Shown here one piece after another: positions 52,317 through 61,689 of a DNA stretch of 64,000 nt. Numbering within the stretch: the stretch's first letter is position 1; each line of letters starts with the position of its first letter. This DNA comes from Ramazzottius varieornatus. Taxonomy: Eukaryota > Animalia > Tardigrada. A program made the translations under genes and the position numbers. The notes beneath the pieces were generated by a model. The model saw only the letters and a list, made by a program, of their open reading frames with translations. It did not search any database and was not told where the DNA came from. The DNA lies in NCBI GenBank assembly GCA_001949185.1, contig BDGG01000009.1:609624-673623 (forward strand), written 5' to 3'.

Positions 52317-53124
52317 TGATTCTCGACACGATAAAGTTCCTCGAAAACATGCATCACAATGCAAGAAGCAAATGTGATGCAAATTCTCTTTGCTTGAACT
52401 TGAACGTGATTAGGGTTCTTGCGATCTCTCTGATGCATTCCTTCATTGTCTGGGTCGGCCCCGGTGGATATGAGCAAAAAGTGTTCGGCGGAAGCTGCAT
52501 GTCTGGTGGAATGGGACGTCGAGTAAGAGGCAATCATCGATTTTTCACGCTTGACTGCTCGGAAAAACAGCAACTGCTGGGAAGAGTGAGTGAGTGAGTG
52601 GGCGCCCGGCGATCCATAACCTTGTACGTGACCCGTTGAGAAAAGCATTTTCCACTTTATTGCCGTTCATTTAGCTTTCATACACCCCAATGAAGCCTTG
52701 CAGGAGACATCACTGCGATGTGGTGCCGAACCAGCAGTTACGCCGTGAAACCCCGCGCTCATCCAGGCATCAGATCTACCTACGAGCTCTTTAACCGCAG
52801 CAACTTTAACACACCGGCAGTGATGGAAAGGATCGACTGACTTTTCTTCTGGGAAGCTGATCGAACAATCGAAACTGGGGATCGGCTGGCTGTTTAGCAT
52901 GCTAGAGTCTCGTTCATTATGCAAGCCAATCAGAAGCTTTGCAACCGCAAGTTGATGTCGGTTGGTTGACCATTCAGCAGGCTAGAGTCTCGCTCTTTGC
53001 CAGCATCAGATCAACCACCAGTTCCGTAACCGGAGGTTGTTGTTGGTTGGTTGGTTCGGTGGTGAGGAGGCTAGAGTCTCGTTCGTTATCGGACTTCACC
53101 AGACAAGTCTTCCATAGTTATCAG

Positions 53125-56100
53125 CTAGTCCACACTGGCAGCGTCGTCATCGCCCAGTCTTTTGCGGATGCGGCATTTGACGCACAGCGACCAGAGGAAC
53201 TGCGCCAGGCAGCGCCGGAAGCGGCGGCTCATCAAACAGTAAATGGGGAACCTCCAGCAACACCCACTGATGCCCGTCCACAAGCAGGCAAAATGCAGAT
53301 AGGGAATGTCGCCAACTTTTCTTTGGCTTATTCTCTCGTATGCCAAGAGCGCGAACCAGGGCAACCAGCCGAGAGCAAACGTCACGATAATCGCAAATGA
53401 CATTCGATGGGTGGGATTGTACAAGTTCTCCGTCGTGGAAGTCAGCGCTTCTTTCTCCTATCATCCAAATCAAGGTTTGTTAGCCAATTGTACACCTTTG
53501 CTAGTCTAACGGGAAGATAAACATGATCACGCATCAAACCCCGCCTAATATCGATATTCGATCAACGGATTTCCGAAGTGTCAAAACTAACACACTGCAT
53601 CAGTCAGGTCGAAAAAGTCCCCATGTGATAAAGCCTATTCCAATCACACTCTACTTCCTGTGGATCCACTAAATTTTTTCAGAACTCTTTCACCCGCTCT
53701 CATATCAAACTAATCCGACATCCTATGTTCTCGGATTTGAATTGCAAAATTGACTTAAAATTGAAATCCAACTTGGAAGGTCGGCAAAAAAACGTACTCG
53801 TACAGTATGATCGACTCAAGTGGCGCACGTTCTCATTGTTGCTGGCTGAGAGCGTGTGCCACTCAAGACGGCGATGACTGCTTTCTCATGTTGCGCATGT
53901 TGTAAGTTTGTTAACTGGAAGCGTGCGCCACTTGCGATAACGACCTTGTACGTTTCGTTTCCCGGGTCATATAAACCCCGTCCCAGCCACCTTGCTACCA
54001 CCTGGCATTTCGGCCACAAAAATTCAGATTCTGAAAAATTTCGTGCATGAATTTTCATTCTGAAAATTAATCTAAACAAACGTACAAGTATCTTAGCAGT
54101 CGGGAAACATTGAGAAAGACCAGAAAAGATTTTAAGTAGCTTGGCAAACGAATTAAAACCGTGAAAAGTCATTTCAGTCAAAATTTCTAGCTCTTTTTGG
54201 GAACGACAGATTCACATTTCCAGCCATTTTTTCTGTAACTTGGTTCGTGTCCTGATTATTTTCGGCAACAGTACCTCAGAACTTCAACGGAGAACTGAAA
54301 AATCAATTTTCGAAAACGGCTCCGAAAACTGCGAAAACTGGTATGTTTTCTCCTTCGCTCCTTTCCTGACCCTATCTCGGTTTCTACTTTCCGTGAGTTG
54401 ATTTCTGGCCAGTATTTTGTGGGAAGGAAGCGAAATTAATGTTGAAACAGGGAAAATTCGTTTCGGAGTTGAGAGATGATCGCGTCGAGAAAGCCATGAT
54501 TCTAAGAGTGGTAGCAAGTTGGCTGGGAGAGGCTGTATTATCTGTTCACATTCTGCTAAAATTCGGATCTCCGAAATCTGGGGTCGACTGTACAGTAAGG
54601 ATAAGTTCGATCACAGAGACCAACCACAAGTGGGACGGATACTTGGGTTTCCAAACAGCGCAAAGTACCTGACGTACTTGGTCTTTGATATCTCGTTTCA
54701 GTTCGGCCATCTCCTTCAGCACGTGGTAATAGCAATAGCACATGGTGGTGATGGTGGGCCCCAGAATGAGGGTGAGCAAAGTAATGGAATACGCCAAGGT
54801 GGAGGACAAGTTGAGCACGCAAAGGTCGACGCTGGCAATGAACCTGCAAAGCCGTGCACCAAAATGGTCAATAAATCGCAAAACAGGATAATTAGCGAGA
54901 CCACTAAATAGTGGGGACCAAAGCTGACGAAAGTGTGAAATGGCCTCTTACGTGACTTGGTTTGTGGCAAATAACGTTGGCGAACAGAGGACTATCGATG
55001 TGACCCATGTGAACACAACCTGGAAGAATAGGGCGGCTATATCAGCAAGCTTGGTTCGGAATATGGATTGACATCCCCAACAATGGAAGGCCGTCAATTC
55101 AAGGAGACAAATACCCAACACTGGCAACGGATCCGTGTCTGAATGGCTTCATAACGCGTTGGCTTCCGGATGGCTAAATATCTAGCGCGAAAGAGAGAAA
55201 AAACGTGCAGGTTATTTGGACAGAATATTCTCCCATTCCCTTCATTGGCCGTGAAGTATCGAGTTCTACGAACCCTCAACGAGCCTTGTTTGCATATAAA
55301 GAGCGAGTAAATTGACTGTCTACTGTCTGGCCGTTCGTGATATGGCCTTTTTGTGTGCATGTTTAGTCTGTCGGGTGTTGTACAAGCAGCAAAAGGACAA
55401 CATGGGGGACCTGGACAAAAAGCAATCACAAAGACCCTGCAACGGCCTGACATACCTGTCGACCGATATCCATCCCAGCGTATAAATAGCCACGGCCCAT
55501 AACGTCACCTCCACGTACGCTGAAAATACAAATCTCAATTTTATAAAAGAATTTACTAGGTGGTTCCTCATGAAATATTGAGTTAATTTTCATGGAACCA
55601 AATGAACGTCAGCTAACGATTCCAGCCAGATCGTCATCTCAAATGGCGCGCATTATAGGTGTTATTGGCTGAAAGCCTGCGTCACTTGAAAGAGCTGGGC
55701 AAGATCGTTTTCTCAAGTGGCGCATTTTTGCACTGTAATTGGCTGAGAGAGTGCGCCATATGGAAACCGATCGAAGTGAATTTGTTTGCCGACGGTCCGA
55801 AAACGAAAAAAACCCAGTTTTTCTCACCTGTTAATTTGCATACTGCTGGTCCGTACCTAAAATTACGAAAGAATTATAGTGGTAAGGAATTTCGATTAAT
55901 GTGCTGGATGAATTGAGCAAATGGTTGCTTACGGCCATTCTCCGTAAAGGGCAGGAAAGATGGATAGCGGTGTCAGGAATACCCCAGTGGCCAGATCAGC
56001 TCCAGCGAGCGATAGGATAAAATATCCAATCATGGAGTGTGAATGTACAGAGGCCGACATGGAACAAATAATCAAAACGTTAAAGAGAATAATGAAAAGT

Positions 56101-56228
56101 GTGATGACCCCAACGACGATGGCTTTGGTAGTCGAAGGGTCGGCGCGGTCCGTCACGGAGACCAGGGATAGAAAATCCGTGGTCAGTGCCGAATAGTTGG
56201 CCACCGCTTCCGAGAAGTTATTCCGCAT
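53125..56228 (-). CDS. Class A (rhodopsin-like) orphan GPCR, GPR21/GPR52-like; multi-exon
   Basis: N-glycosylation sequons in the N-terminus; TM1 with N, TM2 LSLAGADLATG, ISVDRYLAIRKPTRY, TM5 CYCYYHV, TM6 FALGWLPW, TM7 followed by YCLMSRRFR. Confidence 0.85.
53974..54535. mobile_element. ~560-bp non-autonomous DNA element with imperfect ~28-bp TIRs and TA flanks, in a GPCR intron
   Basis: TA|AACCCCGTCCCAGCCACCTTGCTACCAC ... GTGGTAGCAAGTTGGCTGGGAGAGGCTG|TA; AT-rich noncoding interior. Confidence 0.65.
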
Positions 56229-57565
56229 TTTTCAAACGATTACTGAATATTTCCGAAGGATAATTGACACATCGGGCCAGTCCATATGGGTGATAAAACG
56301 CCCCTCAGATATTTAGGCTGTAATTTGAGTCGGCATATCTCATAGCATGGAAAAATAAACAAGCGGGATTGATATTTATACAACCACAGTATCTCATTGG
56401 AACGGCCAGATGGAGAGAAGAAGTGAGTGAGTGAGCGAGGCATGGGGATGCATCATCCGCTTAGCCAGGAAAGGAATGTCGGAAGAAGTGCCGGGGTTAA
56501 CCGGCGCATAATTACTGCGTCAAGGCATGGAAACCGCACCACCACCGAGCCGACGCACCCCCAGCGCAAATAGGCGAACGATGATGATGGAACACGGCGC
56601 GGAAAAGCTAGAAGTTGTGTGACTGGATAGATATAGATCACTTCCGTAGGTTCTCGGGCTGGTAGGAGCTCTGTCTGTTGTGCTGATGGATGGATGGGAG
56701 AACAAGGCTGCAGCGCTATTTGCTTATTCATATCCCTGCGCGTTGCCTATCCATTAATTTACTGCAAGGAGCTTCCCTGTCTGTCCACCGAGGACCAATT
56801 CAGCACTGAACAGCGATACAACACGCATGCTTAGTCCTGGCGGGATCGTGAAGATGCATACAGAGGACATTATCGCCCAAGCCTGAATATCCTACGCACT
56901 CGTAGATAAACAGGCTATTATTCCACGCGTCGTCCTTCCTTTCTGCAACAGGAAAGACATTTTGTGTATGTATGGTCCTTGCTTGTACTGGGGAGTTGCG
57001 CGGTTGTGTTCAAGTATGCATGTTGTACATGGATCCCTGGGAGAGAAAGATGAAGCATCAACTTCACAATTACACAATCTACGCCACGCCATGTTGAACA
57101 AGGAAGTGCCAGCGCCATATCGATTTCCCATTCGGCCATCTGTGTTATTGGCAGGAAAGGCAGGAATGTGAGGACCCACCGCCATCCAGTCTTTGGGTCG
57201 TGATCGTCAAAAGCATCATCAAACACAACTGAAACAAGCGTTTGACTAAAACACTGTGGATGAGATGACTCTTGCTGCTCCGATCGGAAAGACCGATACG
57301 TCATCCTCAACGTACCAACACTCGATAGCTTCCAAAGCTCTTCCATGGAGCCATCAAATGATAAATGACCAGTCGCGATGACAGGCGTGTCGGACGGCTG
57401 ATTGCATGCTAAACGAGGAAACTCACTTCCTGACCACCCAACGTCCTTCCTGCCTTCACTGCACTTCCTTCCTTCTTGATGTCAATCCGCGGACCGAACA
57501 TCCCCAAATGCTGTCAAGCCTATCACGAAGCAGAAGAAATGCACTTTGACATAATAACACACGAA

Positions 57566-57758
57566 GGGACATTGGCAAATGAGTGTTTATAAAGTGGCGC
57601 AAACTTTCAGCCAGTAACACTGGCAACGTGCGTCACTTGCAAAGATACTCAAACTGGACAAGATCGGTTTTCCAAGTGGCGCACACTCATGAATAATAAC
57701 AATGAAAAAGTGCGCCACTTCAGATAACGACATCGGTGAAATCATTTGCCGACGTCCC
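57566..57758. repeat. Doublet palindromic element upstream of the GPCR CDS
   Basis: One pair of outer arms enclosing two cores (57593-57637, 57675-57719), each with a 25-nt spacer. Confidence 0.9.
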
Positions 57759-60041
57759 AAATGACAACTACGATAGGGATATTGAACGCCTCGTTTTTCC
57801 AGCTTTCGAAATAAAACTAAATTCTAATATTTTTCTCTTTTCATGTTTTGCCAGAGTGTGGTCTGTCCCATTGGCCAGAAACATTTCCTGTATTTTCACG
57901 CCCAAATGAGCGTGGGAAGTTACAGTGCACCACGCAACGAACGACCAAGAAGATTCATACGATCCTGCGGATTCCGTCCACGCATTGCTGTAATTCTGCG
58001 ACATTATTATCCGCCTTCGCTAAGCCCCTAGTGCCCGTGGGACGAAAGACTATGCGAAAAGTACCAATAGGTCAGCCGTAAAAGCTCGCCCCGAGCGCGC
58101 CCACGTAATCGACTTCCATAGCGTATTTTTATGTGCCATGCAAACGACTTCCTTTGGTTCCTTGCACATCCAGCTACTGTACATTCAGTTTCCGGACAAG
58201 TCCCCCTCGTTAATATTATACGGGAGAGAAAATTTTCAGATCGTTACGAAAGTGTTTCTCGAGAACAAGCTGATCATCATTAAATTTGCGGTTTGCGCAT
58301 ACTGCGACGGATACAGCACAGAATGTGATCGATTGACGCGTCACTTTCGAAACAATTTCCCTACAAATAAGGCTCCTGCAAGTTTCGACCGTTTCAGTTT
58401 TTAATGATACCCTGCAAACATTCCACCAGTAGCTTCTATCGTTCGTCATCAGCTTCCGGCAGTCAGTATGTATCCTGCTAGTGAATGGAGAAATACTCTT
58501 TCCATAAGTCCCTGAAGCCATGAAAAACAGATGGCTTTCACCCAGCAAACTCATTAAGCCGGATATTAGTCTGGGTCTTCCACAGCGATACCAGACATCG
58601 GAAACGACGCGCTTCATGTACTGAGCTTTCTGGAAAGACTGCAGTTAGTTCTCTTTCCAGATGATCGGCCATTTAGGAAGCGTGGCAAACAAGCACACCA
58701 ATACTGCTGTTGATGCCTCATAAATCAACGATCTCGTCCAGTGCTTGATTGTTTCCCCACGTAGCGCACGTTGTCGGCGCTGATGGCTGGAAGCGTGCGC
58801 CACATGAAAAAAAGAAATTGTGTAGTTTGTTGGCCCCGAGCTTTTTATGGTTCAACAAGACTTGCCGGACTATCTGGAGAAGAGGAATATGTGACATATG
58901 AACCAAAGTCAGACGAGCGGCTCTCCTGTTTTGTGGAAGACCAGAAACGAATTTTCCCGAGAGGTTGCAAGGAGCCGTGTTTCCGGCGCTCTTGTCAGTG
59001 CAGGTCATTAACTATGCAAAGATCTCGATAACTTGACATGCAGTCCAGATAATTTCCTTTGACAGTTTGCCATGGGCTCGCATACTTCTCCAAAGTCCGC
59101 TGTGGCCCAAAGTGCGGTTTACAGTGCGTCAGTGTACCACTTACAACCCCAAAAGAATCCAGCCAGCCCGGAATAATTCACTTATTAATCAATCTAATTC
59201 TCAAGCTGTCACGATCGATATGAGGGGAAACTGCAGTGACGTCAGGCTGAATTAGCAGGAAATTTCTGGGATGAGGGTATTAGGCAGATCGCCTCGCCGG
59301 CATCTGCCATCAGTCATCAGGGCCAACGCAAAAATGAGTACCTTCAGCCATAACATTTTCAGTCAGCGGCAACATGCTCCGAAACCTCAACCCAATCACG
59401 AGGCCTTCTCAAAATTCAGAGCCGAGAACCCGAGATGGCGTTTTTTCCATTGAAAAGCTTGCTGTGACGCATAATTACTGTTTGATCAATTGTGCCCATT
59501 ATCATTTTATATTTCAATAATTTTTCCTCGAGTCTCGCAAAAGGAGATGGAATCCTTCCCACCAGAATTCATATGCTAACAAAATTCGAGTTGAGTTTTT
59601 CCGGTTGAAGAGAATGGGCCATTGAACTCTGGTCATGTGGCGCAGACACCTCGCCGTTGTCGCCGTAAAGAGCTCCCGGCAAAATCAGCTCTTTGCCATT
59701 GAGCCAGCTGCCGAGTCTTCGCCGTCATCTTTGGGGCTAAGGCGAAGGCCGCTACACTGACATCACACACTACTAAAGGTCGGAGACATAAAGTCTACAC
59801 AAAAACAAACACAGAAGCCTGTGAAAAAAATCAAAGACATTTTTTATGCTGCATTCTTCTGCGCTTCAATTAGGACAGCGGTGCGTTGCGTACACAACCA
59901 GAGTTCTTCGCTGTGGTTCGGATCTTCAGAGACGGTGAGAGAAGCAAACGCCGTACATGACGTAAACAAGCTACGACATGGCGTATGCATATGTTGACAT
60001 TGATTCTTTCGGTACGGACAAGTTTCCGCATCATCGAATAA

Positions 60042-60933
60042 ATGGACAAGCTAAATGTCTCATTACTTCGGTCGCTGATGATTCTTCTTCCTGTTGCTGC
60101 CATTTTTGCAAAAGGCGAAACTCTGAAGGGTAACAAATTTTCGCCCATGTTACCACTCGCTAAAAACCAGCTAGTCTCATCTACTGTATACCGGTATCAG
60201 CAGGTTAAAATCCCATTTCATCTTCATTCTAGTTTCACGATGCTCCGGCGAAGGCATGGATGTAACGCTGACCGGACCCTTTCAAGGACTCCTCACGGGT
60301 ACGTAGACGCCTCCCCACCAACTCAAATGTATGCTCAGTGCACAGTTTTGAAGATGCTCAACCAAGCGCCTGTTTTTAGTGAAGGGAACATCCTGTCAGG
60401 TCGAAGTCCGATTGATGGATTCATCCCCCATCATGTTCTTCGTGCCGTACGGTGAAAAATGCGCCATCAAAGTGGACTACCTCGTACGTTTCGAAATATT
60501 TGAAAGTACGGCAAACCAACTCCGCCAGATTGTTTTATCAAGTGGCGTACCCTCTCAGTTTCATAAGCTGGGAGAGTGCGCCACTTGGTAAAAGCGACTG
60601 TGTCGCATTTCTTCCCCGATCTCTCGTCTGTGTGCCTACACGCTTATACACAATTGTGAGATAACTATTATGAAGATGATCCTTCTGCAGGGTCGAGCAT
60701 TGTTCACCTTGCTAATCTCGGAACAAAAGACTGGCGACCTGGGCCACAAAATCTATTATGACGTCAAGGAGCGGACCATGCTTTGTCAGTATTACGTCAA
60801 CGCGGCACTCAACATAGCTTCCGATCCTCGATTAGGAACCGGAAAACTATCCAATGAGATCGTGGCGCTCGAAAGAAGCTTCTACCCAGTCTTCCCTGGA
60901 GTCTTTCAGTCAAACATTCTACAGATAGAATAA
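60042..60933 (+). CDS. Small secreted protein with a stand-alone ZP-N-like domain (5 exons)
   Basis: Signal peptide, then spliced SRCSGEGMDVTLTGPFQGLLTVKGTSC...FFVPYGEKCAIK...YYDVKERTMLCQY. The four-Cys spacing and the C...M.V...F.G...VKG..C and final C.Y pattern are those of ZP-N. Confidence 0.6.
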
Positions 60934-61689
60934 GCTCGTATATTATCAAGCAACTTCAAGCTGACCAATGGTTTATGAGCACAAAGATGGACCGACGTTT
61001 TTACGGCTTCCAGCAAGAATAGTTGTAACCTTAATGTTCTAACCTCTTTTCTTGTCTGAAAATTTTTATTTACGACCGGCTATCGGTTGTGACAAATCAC
61101 TTTCGGCCTATTAAAGGTATGCTGTCCGGTGGTTAGTGGCACTTCTCTCTACGCTCAGCGTATCAATAAGCCTGTAATCAAAGGCGAAAGGCGATATTTT
61201 TTTGACACGTAATCTGACCGTGAAGTTATGATTAAGGCAGAGCCACACGGCGTGAGTTTTCTCGTCGACGGTCCGTGCAGCTCGCCTTCTGACCAGCAAG
61301 AGATCGAGCCACGCCTGCTAATGGCCATTCGGTCAGCCATCACTTTTCCTCATCAACTGACCCTCTTCTTCTTCACCAAACGGCAATGAATATTTTACCA
61401 AAGCTTTTAGACGACGTGCGGCACTTAATTCGCAAGGTATCAGTCACAGTAGGCGGCTATTAGCTCTTGCTTTGCGAGAGAACCCAGAAGTCACCGATCG
61501 AGAAAGATCTTTTGACAGCTAGAACCTTCCGTCAACTAGCTGCTTCACTGCCTCATATTATCCGTCTGACATTCTGTCGCTTCTTTTATTTGTTCTGCGG
61601 AGTGAGTGCGAAGGCGGATATTGTTTGGTGACTTGGGGGCAGCTAGCCAAGACATCACCAAGTGGAATACCTGTGGTCATCCCTCCATC

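Noticed and set aside
56240-59453. Several 60-140-aa ORFs upstream of the GPCR
   Set aside because: They have no domain similarity or coherent splice pattern; the region is most likely 5' UTR exons/introns and regulatory DNA.
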